A stretch of 64,000 nt of DNA from Vulcanimicrobiota bacterium (GTDB lineage Bacteria; Vulcanimicrobiota; Vulcanimicrobiia; Eremiobacterales; Eremiobacteraceae), in the NCBI GenBank assembly GCA_963805945.1, contig CAWDVP010000002.1, positions 352,001 to 416,000 on the forward strand. Reading direction: 5' to 3'. The notes under the pieces were generated by a model. It ran no database searches. It saw nothing but the letters and a program-made list of their open reading frames with translations, and was not told the origin of the DNA. Both the position numbers and the translations under genes were made by a program. Positions within the stretch are counted from its first letter, which is position 1; every line of letters starts with the position of its first letter. This document shows positions 44,437 through 53,645 of the stretch, in pieces.

Positions 44437-46293
44437 ATGACCACCACGCGCTGGATCGCGACCGCGCTGGCGCTCGCCGTCGCCACCTGCCTCTCGCCTG
44501 TGCCGGCGCGCGCCGACCTGCAGATCGGGCGCTTCTCGCTCGAGTTCCGGAATTCGAACTACAATCTGAAGACCGGCGACATCGTGCTCACCGGCGGGGT
44601 CAGTGGCAAGGGACCGGACGGCGACTTCCGCGCGGACCGCGCGTTCGGCAACCGGGAGAAGCAAGAGATCACGTTGGTCGGCGGCGTGCAGGCGCATCGC
44701 AAGAGCGGCACGCAACCGATCACGCTGCGCAGCGATACCGCCTTCATCGACGAGCGGGCGAAGACGTACGTGGCGTCCGGCAACGCGAGCGCACAGGTCG
44801 GGCAGCGCATCATGAACGCGGACGAGATGCGTTTCGACGATGCCGCGCACGTCTTCACGCTGAGCGGATCCGTGAGCATCGTCGAACCGCCGGGACGCAC
44901 GCTGCTGACGGGCCTGCTCATCTATCACGACGACACCGGCGACATCAGCTCACCCGGCCCGTTGAGCGGCATCGCCGAGAACGGTGACTTCCGCGCCGAC
45001 CGCGCGCAGGGCAACGTGCGCACCAATCTCATGACGCTGTCCGGCGGCGTCGTGCTGCACTCAGGCGCCGTCGCGAGTGGGCCGTCGAAGGAGCCGATCG
45101 CGCTGTACGCCGACACGCTGCACATCGACGGCGCCGCCAAGCGCATGCAGGCGAGCGGCGACGTCCGCATCGAGCAGGGCACGCAGACGCTGAGCGCGCC
45201 GCAGCTCGACCTCGACAACGCGACGGGCGAGATGCGCATGAGCGGCGGTGTGCACGGCGCGCAGCCGCCCGACCGCACATTCGACACCGCAGAGATCAGC
45301 TACAACCTCAACTCGGGCGAGATAACGGTGCCCAAAGCCGTGCGCGGCACATCGCGCAACGGCGACTTCTCCGCCGGTTCGGCGCACGGCAACCTCAAAG
45401 CGCACGTGTACGATCTGGTCGGCGACGCCGTCGTGCACTCGAGCGGCAAGGCCACGAAGGGCACGCCGACGACGCCGACCACGTTGAGCGCGCAGCACAT
45501 CCATATCGACGAGGCGAACAAATCGTATCGGGCGGAGGGCGGGGCGGAGGTGGCGCAAGGCGATCGCACGGTGAGCGCGCCGCTGATGACGTTCGACGAC
45601 AAGATCCACGTCGTCAAGATGACCGGCGGCGTCCACGCGACGCAGCTGCCGAATCGCAGCGCCGACACCGCCGAGGTCATCTATCATTCCGACAGCGGAG
45701 ATGTGTCTGCGCCCGCGCACGTGTCCGGCCGCTCGCCGACCGATTCGTTCTCCGCGGATCGCGCGCTCGGCAACACCAAGAAGAACGTCTACGATCTGCT
45801 CGGCAACGTGGTGTTGCGCCGGCAGAACCCCACCGACAAAGACCCGAGCGTGATGACCGCGAGCGACCTGCACATCGACGGCAATGCCAAGACTTACACC
45901 GCGACGGGCAATCCGAAGGTGACGCAAGGTCCGCGCACGATGACCGGCAAGGTGATCAGCCTCAACGACACGACCCACCTCATGCACGTGAGCGGCGGGG
46001 TGCATGTGGAAGCGCCGCAGGGCCGTTCCTTCAACACGCCCGAGCTCACCTACAATCTCCAGAGCGACGACTTCAAGATGCTCGGCGGCATCACCGCGCT
46101 CTTCCCGCTCGGCAAGCCGAGCCCGACGCCGACGCCCTTCGCGTCGCCGAGCAGCGACCTCGCGCCGCAAGCGCCGTCCCCGTTCGCCAACGGCGGCATC
46201 CCCTCGCAATTCGCGTCGCCCGCGCCGTCGCCGTCGCCCACCGCGTCGCCGCCACCGACGATCGCACCATCACCAAGCGCGGCCCCGCACTAG
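44437..46293 (+). CDS. Secreted protein with four tandem LptA/OstA-like repeats and Pro/Ser-rich tail
   Basis: Signal peptide (ARA-D); repeats anchored at GDFRADRAxGN-like motifs with L.AD.L.ID..A.G.V...QG pattern. Confidence 0.75.
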   Translation: MTTTRWIATALALAVATCLSPVPARADLQIGRFSLEFRNSNYNLKTGDIVLTGGVSGKGPDGDFRADRAFGNREKQEITLVGGVQAHRKSGTQPITLRSDTAFIDERAKTYVASGNASAQVGQRIMNADEMRFDDAAHVFTLSGSVSIVEPPGRTLLTGLLIYHDDTGDISSPGPLSGIAENGDFRADRAQGNVRTNLMTLSGGVVLHSGAVASGPSKEPIALYADTLHIDGAAKRMQASGDVRIEQGTQTLSAPQLDLDNATGEMRMSGGVHGAQPPDRTFDTAEISYNLNSGEITVPKAVRGTSRNGDFSAGSAHGNLKAHVYDLVGDAVVHSSGKATKGTPTTPTTLSAQHIHIDEANKSYRAEGGAEVAQGDRTVSAPLMTFDDKIHVVKMTGGVHATQLPNRSADTAEVIYHSDSGDVSAPAHVSGRSPTDSFSADRALGNTKKNVYDLLGNVVLRRQNPTDKDPSVMTASDLHIDGNAKTYTATGNPKVTQGPRTMTGKVISLNDTTHLMHVSGGVHVEAPQGRSFNTPELTYNLQSDDFKMLGGITALFPLGKPSPTPTPFASPSSDLAPQAPSPFANGGIPSQFASPAPSPSPTASPPPTIAPSPSAAPH

Positions 46294-46295
46294 GC

Positions 46296-46502
46296 ATGAC
46301 GAGCGAAGGGACAGCACGGCCGACGAAATCGCGCTGCGAGCGCTGCGGTGTCGCGTTCGGCGCACACGCGCAAGCCCAAGCATGCGGCTACGGCTGCACG
46401 TTTTGCGAAGCGTGCACGCGCGCGATGAACGCGGTGTGCCCGAACTGCGCGGGCGCGCTTGTGCCGGTGACAATCATCAGCAAAGGACCCTCTTCACGAT
46501 GA
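46296..46502 (+). CDS. DUF1272 family Cys-rich protein
   Basis: CERC..CGYGCTFCEAC..VCPNCAGALV. Confidence 0.8.
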   Translation: MTSEGTARPTKSRCERCGVAFGAHAQAQACGYGCTFCEACTRAMNAVCPNCAGALVPVTIISKGPSSR

Positions 46503-47377
46503 GCTTCTTCCTAGCAGGCGTGCGTGCTCGGTTCGCCGTCACGCTCGTCTTCGGTCTCGGCTTCGCCGCAGCGCTGTGCACCGCGTCGGCGAGCGCAGCC
46601 GTCGAGACGCCGTCCGCCACGCCGCCGCCCGCGATGAGCTTGTCCGATGAAGACCTGCCATCCCCAAGCCATGAAAGCCCACTGGATCCGAGCGAATGGT
46701 TCTCTATCGAAGACGAGGCGATGCCGAGCTACGACGGCATGACGGGCGCCGGCAACACGATGAACCTGCGCGCGCAGATCCCGATCGGTCACGATCTCCT
46801 ACCGATTCTTGGCCGGTTGACCAGGTTGCAGCTTATCAAATTCAAACTGCCATACCAGTTCTCGTCGCCGTCGCAGTCGAGTCCGGGACTCGGCGACACC
46901 ACTCTCGTCGGCCTGACATATCTCGGAAGACGCGATTTCAAGTGGACGATCGGCCCGTCGTTCAAACTACCCACCGCGTCGCAGATGTCGCTTGGCTCCG
47001 GCAAGTGGTCGGTCGGGCCTGCAGGCAGCTACGCCTACCGGCATGGCGATACCGAGATGGGCATCTACACGCAAAACTTCTTCTCGTTCGCCGGCCCCTC
47101 ATCGCGCAAAGCGGTGTCGCAAACAGAATTCCAGCCGAGTCTCGCCTTCGGGCTTGGGCACGGCTGGAGCGTCGGCACATCGTACATGATGTTCAAATAC
47201 AATTGGGAGAAGCCGGCGTGGGAGAACGTGCCGCTGGGCATCCGTTTTGCGAAGAAGTTCTCGCTGGGCGCTGGACGCATGGACGCCGGCCTCGAGGCCG
47301 AGAAGAACCTCACCTTCTACAAGGGCCAGCCTGACATGACCTACCGCATCAACTTCAAATACCGACCCAAACACTGA
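46499..47377 (+). CDS. Secreted/outer-membrane beta-barrel-like hypothetical (MetA-pathway/phenol-degradation-like)
   Basis: Signal peptide; GLGD, LPTA...LGSGKWSVGP, alternating aromatic strands. Confidence 0.6.
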   Translation: MSFFLAGVRARFAVTLVFGLGFAAALCTASASAAVETPSATPPPAMSLSDEDLPSPSHESPLDPSEWFSIEDEAMPSYDGMTGAGNTMNLRAQIPIGHDLLPILGRLTRLQLIKFKLPYQFSSPSQSSPGLGDTTLVGLTYLGRRDFKWTIGPSFKLPTASQMSLGSGKWSVGPAGSYAYRHGDTEMGIYTQNFFSFAGPSSRKAVSQTEFQPSLAFGLGHGWSVGTSYMMFKYNWEKPAWENVPLGIRFAKKFSLGAGRMDAGLEAEKNLTFYKGQPDMTYRINFKYRPKH

Positions 47378-47379
47378 CC

Positions 47380-47838
47380 ATGCCGATAAGGCCGGTGCAA
47401 GCGCGCGACGCGGAGGCATGGCTGGCGATGCGGGCCCGCCTGTGGCCCGCGGCGGACGCCGGCGAGCTGGCCAGAGAGGCGCGCGGATTCGCCGCCGGTG
47501 GTGAGAAAGGGATCCTGGACGCGGTCTTCCTCGCCGAAGACGATCGAGCGCGGCCGCTCGGTTTCCTGGAGCTTTCCGTGCGCGCTTTTTCGGACGGCTG
47601 CGACTCCATGCCGGTGCCGCACGTGGAAGGCTGGTATGTCGAAGTCTCCGCGCGCCGCCAGGGCTTCGGGCGGGCGCTGGTGCGCGCCGCCGAGGACTGG
47701 GCGCGTGCTCGGGGGTTCACCGAACTCGCTTCAGATGCGGAACTCGACAACGCCGCGGCCCAATGCGCCCATGACAGGTGCGGATTCGAGGAGGTCGACC
47801 GGCTCGTCAAGTTCCGGAAGAGGCTGTTTCCACGATGA
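47380..47838 (+). CDS. AAC(6')-I-like GNAT acetyltransferase
   Basis: WLAMRARLWP, ELSVR..DGC, VEGWYV, RRQGFG, ELASDAELDN, GFEE..LVKFRK. Confidence 0.85.
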   Translation: MPIRPVQARDAEAWLAMRARLWPAADAGELAREARGFAAGGEKGILDAVFLAEDDRARPLGFLELSVRAFSDGCDSMPVPHVEGWYVEVSARRQGFGRALVRAAEDWARARGFTELASDAELDNAAAQCAHDRCGFEEVDRLVKFRKRLFPR

Positions 47839-47929
47839 AGAAATCAGGCGGATAGTCGCGTAACACAACGCGCTATGGTATCGTTACAGGGCACGGGAGC
47901 ATTATTGTTGCTCTAGGGGGGATCGTCAC

Positions 47930-49321
47930 ATGAAAAAATGGCTGTTCGCGTTCGTCGCACTGGGCGTCCTGATCGCGCAACCGCATCGCGCGAGTGCCGC
48001 CATCACGGCATCGATGTCGATCGTCGGCCCGAGCTCGTATAACGGTTGTCCTGTCACGGTGAAGTTCACCGGCACCATCTCAGGTAAGGTGGGGACGGTT
48101 TTCACCTACAGCTTCAACCGCTTCATCAACGGCGCGCAGACCGTCGTCAACGGCGGCACGACGACGATGCCGGCCAGTGGTTCGATCGCGGTGAACGACT
48201 CCATGTCGCTCGCATCCTCGGCGATGTCCAACACCTTCGACCAACTATGGGTGCACGGCATCTCCGGCGGCCTGCCCGACGTCTATTCGAACAAAGCCAG
48301 CTTCACCGTGAACTGCGCGACGCCACCGCCGGCAGCCACGCCCCCGCCTGCACCTAACTCCCTGACGAGCACCAACGATCCTCAGGTGTGCACGGCGCAC
48401 GGCGGCTTCGGCGGCGGTCTCGCGTGCAGCGCAGGCTTCAGCAACGGCTGGCTCGCGCTCATCTGGAACGCCCCGAACACGTGCCCCAACTGCATCGGCG
48501 GGTATAACGTCTACCGCGTCGACGGCGGGCAGCACACCTTCATCTACAAGCAGAACAACGGCAGGGATGTGACGCTCTCGCTCGTCACCAAACCGAGCGA
48601 CGGTTTCAGCGGCAAATGCTACACGGTCACGTCCTACTCCGGCAGTGCGGAATCGATCGACAGCGGCGCGTTCTGCGTCAACGGCCCGGTCGACCAGCCG
48701 GTCGTGCGCAGCTTCAACTTCACTCCGAACGCGACGCGCACCGTCTACCACCACTACAGCTATTCGGCGCCGGGGCCTGGCTGCGGCTTGAGCGGTCTCG
48801 GCACGGGACCGGGCGGCCTCTTCGTGGGCTTCGTGCACGACTACTCGAGTTCGATCGGCATCACGTGCTATGAGGACACGTCGGTCAACCAGACCGCGGT
48901 GAGCTTCGAACTGGGCACCGCGGGCATCATCTTGCGCAACTCGAAGGCCAGCGTCCAAAGCGCCATCCTCACGTTCCAGCGCGTGGACGGCAGCAACGCC
49001 AGCTGCATCGCCGGCGTGCACCTGCCGACCGGCGACTGGTCGAACGCGCAGGACCTGATCCCGAACACCGATTACATCAGCGGCATCCCGTGGAGCAGCA
49101 ACGGCGTCAGCGTCAACAGCAACCAGGTGAAGATCTCGGGCTCGAACTACTCGATCGACGTCTCGAGCGCGATCAACAACTTCGCCAAGGGAAACTGGAA
49201 CGATCACGGCTTCCTGCTCATCGGCGGCAACGAAGACACGAGCGGCTTCCACGACAACAACCAGTGCATCTCGACGGTCGGCAACTTCGCGCTCAGCCTC
49301 AAGGTGATCATCCAACCGTGA
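47930..49321 (+). CDS. Secreted Ser/Thr/Asn/Gly-rich beta protein (Ig/FN3-like domains possible)
   Basis: Signal peptide; PPAP linker; LIW..GYNVYR..CYTVTSY FN3-like segment. Confidence 0.7.
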   Translation: MKKWLFAFVALGVLIAQPHRASAAITASMSIVGPSSYNGCPVTVKFTGTISGKVGTVFTYSFNRFINGAQTVVNGGTTTMPASGSIAVNDSMSLASSAMSNTFDQLWVHGISGGLPDVYSNKASFTVNCATPPPAATPPPAPNSLTSTNDPQVCTAHGGFGGGLACSAGFSNGWLALIWNAPNTCPNCIGGYNVYRVDGGQHTFIYKQNNGRDVTLSLVTKPSDGFSGKCYTVTSYSGSAESIDSGAFCVNGPVDQPVVRSFNFTPNATRTVYHHYSYSAPGPGCGLSGLGTGPGGLFVGFVHDYSSSIGITCYEDTSVNQTAVSFELGTAGIILRNSKASVQSAILTFQRVDGSNASCIAGVHLPTGDWSNAQDLIPNTDYISGIPWSSNGVSVNSNQVKISGSNYSIDVSSAINNFAKGNWNDHGFLLIGGNEDTSGFHDNNQCISTVGNFALSLKVIIQP

Positions 49322-50427
49322 GCCGCACAGCGGCGAGATACGCGATGCGCGCGGTTCTCGCCGCTGCCTCGACCGTCGTGCTTTGCCTTTCGGCTGTCGC
49401 GACGGCGCGAGCCGGACAGCCGGTCGCATCGACCGATGCTCCGGTGCCGAGCGGACTCGTCGTGGTCATAGATGCGCGCGCGCTCGACGACCCCTCATGG
49501 CGTCAAGCACTGGATGATCCGTCCATCAGCGGCATCGCGCTGCAGATCCATTGGAGCGATATCGAACCCACCGAAGGAAGCCCCGACTGGTCGAAGCTCG
49601 ATGCGGTGCTTTCCGCTGCAGCCGGCTCGAAGAAGTGGGTGCAGCTCCTCATCTTCCCCGGCTTCTTCAGCCCTGCGTGGGCCCTCGAAGGCGCACAGAC
49701 AGAACAATTCCCGATACAGTATGGGCCTGGCAAAGGCAGCGTGGAGACGCTCCCGATGCCGTGGGATACGGTGTACCTCAGCCGCTGGCTCGCATTCATA
49801 AAACGATTGAGCGAGAGGTACGGAAAGGCGCCCGCCTTGAGGATGATCGCCGCCGCGGGACCGACATCCGTGTCTGGGGAGTTCACATTACCGAACTCGC
49901 CGAGGGATCTCAAGACCTGGCAAGACGATTCCTATACTCCGAGCAAATACATAGGGGCGTGGGTCGCGGTCTTCAAGGCGTACGCCGCCGACTTTCCCGA
50001 TCAGTACGTCTCGCTATCTCTGGGACGTGGTCTGAGTATCAACGATCAAGGCAAGATCGATGCGGGTGAGCATTCGCGCACAAAGCAAGCGATCGTCGAC
50101 CAAGCGATCGGGATCTTAGGCCGGCGTTGCGCCCTTCAGTACAGCAATCTCGACGGGACCGCGAACCCGGACGTCGAGGGCACCGGCTTTCTCATCGGTT
50201 ACAATGGGCGAGTCGTGACCGGTCTGCAACTGCGCACGTCGGCCGCCAACGCAGGGATGGGCGCCGACGGCGATCCCCCGCTCGCCTTGCGACGATCGAT
50301 CGATAAAGGGATGCAACCGAACGGCGCTGGTCAGCGTGCGAACTACCTTGAGATATACGAACCCGATGTGCTCGCGCCGGACATGCAACCGGTGCTGCGG
50401 TATGGGGCGGCGCGCTTCACTCCGTGA
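49318..50427 (+). CDS. Secreted glycoside-hydrolase-like TIM-barrel protein
   Basis: IHWSDIEPTEG..DWSKLD, PAW, PMPWD..YL, YLEIYEPD resemble clan GH-A N-termini. Confidence 0.55.
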   Translation: MSRTAARYAMRAVLAAASTVVLCLSAVATARAGQPVASTDAPVPSGLVVVIDARALDDPSWRQALDDPSISGIALQIHWSDIEPTEGSPDWSKLDAVLSAAAGSKKWVQLLIFPGFFSPAWALEGAQTEQFPIQYGPGKGSVETLPMPWDTVYLSRWLAFIKRLSERYGKAPALRMIAAAGPTSVSGEFTLPNSPRDLKTWQDDSYTPSKYIGAWVAVFKAYAADFPDQYVSLSLGRGLSINDQGKIDAGEHSRTKQAIVDQAIGILGRRCALQYSNLDGTANPDVEGTGFLIGYNGRVVTGLQLRTSAANAGMGADGDPPLALRRSIDKGMQPNGAGQRANYLEIYEPDVLAPDMQPVLRYGAARFTP

Positions 50428-50519
50428 GGCATTGAACGCGGCGCCACCCGTCCTTGCGGGGGCGAGCCAAAGCCCCGCGTCGAAGTCTAGCAGACTCGAA
50501 CAAGACGCAAGGGAAAGGC

Positions 50520-51567
50520 ATGACCATGAAGGCTCTCGTCTACAACGGCCCCGGCAAGAAAGCGCTGGAAGATCGTCCTATGCCGGAGGTCTCGGCACCC
50601 ACTGACGCCATCGTGAAGATGACGAAGACCACCATCTGCGGCACCGACCTGCACATCCTCAAAGGCGACGTGCCGAGCTGTGCGCCCGGCACGCACTCTC
50701 GGGCACGAAGGGGTCGGCGTCGTCGACACGATCGGCGCCGCCGTCACCCAGTTCAAGACCGGCGATCACGTGCTCGTCTCGTGCATCTCCTCGTGCGGGA
50801 AATGCGAATACTGCCGGCGCGGCATGTACTCCCACTGCACGACGGGCGGCTGGATCCTCGGCAACAAGATCAACGGCACGCAAGCGGAGTACGTCCGCGC
50901 GCCGCACGCGGACACCAGCCTCTACAAGATCCCCGCGGGCGTCGATGAGGAGGCGCTCGTCATGCTGAGCGACATCCTGCCGACCGGCTTCGAGTGCGGC
51001 GTGCTCAACGGCGAAAGTCCAACCGGGCGCCACCGTGGCCATCGTCGGTTCCGGCCCCATCGGGCTCGCGGCGCTGCTGACGGCGCAGTTTCTTCTCGCC
51101 GTCAGAGATCATCATGATCGATCTCGACGACAATCGGCTCGAGGTCGCGCGCCGTCTCGGCGCGACAAAGACGATCAACAGCGGCGACGGCAAAGCGGTC
51201 GAGAAGGTCATGCAGATGACCGGCGGGCGCGGCGTCGACTGCTCCATCGAGGCGGTCGGCATTCCGGCGACGTTCGGCATGTGCCAAGAGCTGGTCGCGC
51301 CGGGCGGCACGATCGCCAACATCGGCGTCCACGGCGCCAAGGTCGACCTGCATCTCGAACGCCTGTGGTCGCAGAACATCGCCATCACGACGCGTCTGGT
51401 CGACACGGTCACCACCCCGATGCTGCTCAAGACCGTGCGATCGGGCACGATCGAGCCCAAGCAGCTCATAACGCACCACTTCCCGTTCGACTCGCGTGCT
51501 TGACGCGTACGACACGTTCGGTCAAGCGGCCAAGACCCAGGCGCTCAAGGTCATCATCGAACTGTAA
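50520..51567 (+). CDS. Zinc-dependent alcohol dehydrogenase; frameshifts
   Basis: ICGTDLH, GHEGVG, CGKCEYC..C, LSDILPTG, GSGPIG across frames. Confidence 0.92.
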
Positions 51568-51570
51568 GGC

Positions 51571-52848
51571 CTAGGGTTCGAAGAAGCGGCGCCCCGCTAG
51601 CTCGTCGGGCAGGTGCTGCTGCTCGACCTTCGCGTCGGGGTAGTCGTGCGCATAGCGGTATTCCTTGCCGTAGCCGAGATCGCGCATCAAGCCGGTGACC
51701 GCGTTGCGCAGATGCAGCGGCACCGGCAGGGTGCCGGTCTGCTCGATCGCCGCGACCGCCGCGCCGTATGCCCGCAGACCTGAGTTGCTCTTCTTCGCAA
51801 GCGCTAGATAGAGCGTCGCCTCCACCAATGGGTACATCGCCTCGGGCATGCCGATCGCGTGCACCGCGTAATGCGCGGCGGTCGCCATCGGCAACGCCTG
51901 GGGATCGCCAAGCCCGACGTCCTCACCGGCCAAGATGACGAGCCGGCGCGCGACGAACATCGGGTCCTCGCCCGCTTCGAGCATGCGCGCGAGCCAGTAC
52001 ACCGCAGCGTGCGGATCGCTGCCGCGCACCGACTTGATGAACGCCGATATGAGGTCGTAGTGCTCGTCGCCGGCGCGGTCGTAGCGCAGCGCGCGGCGCT
52101 GCATGGCCTCTTCGACATCGCGCGCCGCGATCACCACCCCGCCGCTACCGCCGCGCGACGAGGCGATCTCATACGCGAGCTCCAGCGCGTTGAGCGCCGA
52201 GCGCGCGTCGCCGTCCGCCAGCGCGATGAGCTTCGCGCGCGCGTCATCGGCCACCGTCGCGGCTCCCGCGAGGCCGCGCTGAGGATCCGCGAGCGCACGA
52301 TCGACGATCGTGCCGATCTCATCGGCGCCGAGCGCCTTGAGCACGAACACGCGGCTGCGCGACAGCAGCGCGCTGTTGATCTCGAACGACGGGTTCTCCG
52401 TGGTCGCGCCGATGAAGGTGATATCGCCGCGCTCGACGTGCGGCAGCACGACGTCCTGCTGCGCCTTGTTGAAGCGATGGATCTCGTCGACGAACACGAT
52501 CGTGCCGCGCGCGCGATCGCGCTTCGCGTCGGCGACGATGCGGCGCAGGTCCGCGACGCCCGCGGTGACGGCCGACAGCGCGACGAAGTGCGCGCCGACC
52601 GAGCGCGCGGCCAAACGCGCGAGCGTCGTCTTGCCGCTGCCGGGCGGACCCCACAACACGATGGAGGGCAGCTTGCGCTGTTCGATCGCGGTGCGCAGCG
52701 CGGTGCCCGGCCCGACGATCTTCTCCTGGCCCACGAATTCGTCGAGCGTGCGCGGCCGCATGCGCGCGGCCAGCGGCGCGCCGACCGGCAGCGGCTCGTC
52801 GGCGCCGGCGTCCGGCGGGCTCTCGAACAAACGCGGTTCGTCTGACAT
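51571..52848 (-). CDS. rarA: Replication-associated recombination protein A
   Basis: PLAARMRP, GPPGSGKTT, DEIHRFNKAQQD, ATTENPSF, SAFIKSVRGSD. Confidence 0.96.
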   Translation of the reverse strand: MSDEPRLFESPPDAGADEPLPVGAPLAARMRPRTLDEFVGQEKIVGPGTALRTAIEQRKLPSIVLWGPPGSGKTTLARLAARSVGAHFVALSAVTAGVADLRRIVADAKRDRARGTIVFVDEIHRFNKAQQDVVLPHVERGDITFIGATTENPSFEINSALLSRSRVFVLKALGADEIGTIVDRALADPQRGLAGAATVADDARAKLIALADGDARSALNALELAYEIASSRGGSGGVVIAARDVEEAMQRRALRYDRAGDEHYDLISAFIKSVRGSDPHAAVYWLARMLEAGEDPMFVARRLVILAGEDVGLGDPQALPMATAAHYAVHAIGMPEAMYPLVEATLYLALAKKSNSGLRAYGAAVAAIEQTGTLPVPLHLRNAVTGLMRDLGYGKEYRYAHDYPDAKVEQQHLPDELAGRRFFEP

Positions 52849-52856
52849 GGGCGCGC

Positions 52857-53645
52857 TTAGCGGCGCAGCGCCGCGACGGTGCGCATCCAGCTGAGGATCT
52901 CGCCGACGGTGACCTTCGACACGCCCTTCTCGCGGTTGCGAAAGGCGATCGGCACCTCGACGATGCGCGCACCCGCCGCCGACGCTTCGTAGAGCAGCTC
53001 GGGCACCATCGAATAGCCGGTCGACTTGAGCGCTTCCATCCGCATGCGGCGCAGCAGGCAGGCCGAATAGAGACGGAAGCCGGATGTGCAGTCGCGCACC
53101 GTTAGGCCGAGCAGCGCGCGCGCGGCGCCGTTGGCCACCGCGCTGTTGAGCTTGCGCGCGAACGAGAAGTTCTCGACCGTGCCGCCCGGGGCGTAGCGCG
53201 AGCCGATGACCATGTCGGCCTCGCCCGAGTCGATGTGCGCGAACATCGCAGGCAGCGCCGCCGGGTCGTGCGAGCCGTCCGCGTCCATCGTCGCGATCAT
53301 GCCATAGCCGGCGGCGAGGCCGCGCGCGAAACCCGCCAGATACGCCGTGCCGAGGCCGAGCTTGCCGGTGCGGGAGAGCAGCGACACGCGCGCATCGGCC
53401 GCGATCATGGCGCTGACGATCTGCGCCGTGCCGTCGGGCGAGGCGTCGTCCACGACGAGCGCGTCGGCGCGCGGCGACGCGGCCAGAACGGCCGACACCG
53501 TCGAGCGGATATTGTCGCGCTCCTGATACGTCGGTAGCACGACGAGGCAGCGCGAGGGCAGAAGCGGTGCTTGAGAAGCCAAGGGACGCACAGTTCGGCG
53601 CCGGGGTTCGCCGAACCCCGTCGCGAAAAGGCTGCAGGTGGCCAT
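52857..53645 (-). CDS. Polyprenol-phosphate mannosyltransferase-like GT2 (start uncertain)
   Basis: LPTYQE, VDDASPDGT, GLGTAY, MDADGSH, GSRY, DCTSGFR. Confidence 0.88.
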   Translation of the reverse strand: MATCSLFATGFGEPRRRTVRPLASQAPLLPSRCLVVLPTYQERDNIRSTVSAVLAASPRADALVVDDASPDGTAQIVSAMIAADARVSLLSRTGKLGLGTAYLAGFARGLAAGYGMIATMDADGSHDPAALPAMFAHIDSGEADMVIGSRYAPGGTVENFSFARKLNSAVANGAARALLGLTVRDCTSGFRLYSACLLRRMRMEALKSTGYSMVPELLYEASAAGARIVEVPIAFRNREKGVSKVTVGEILSWMRTVAALRR

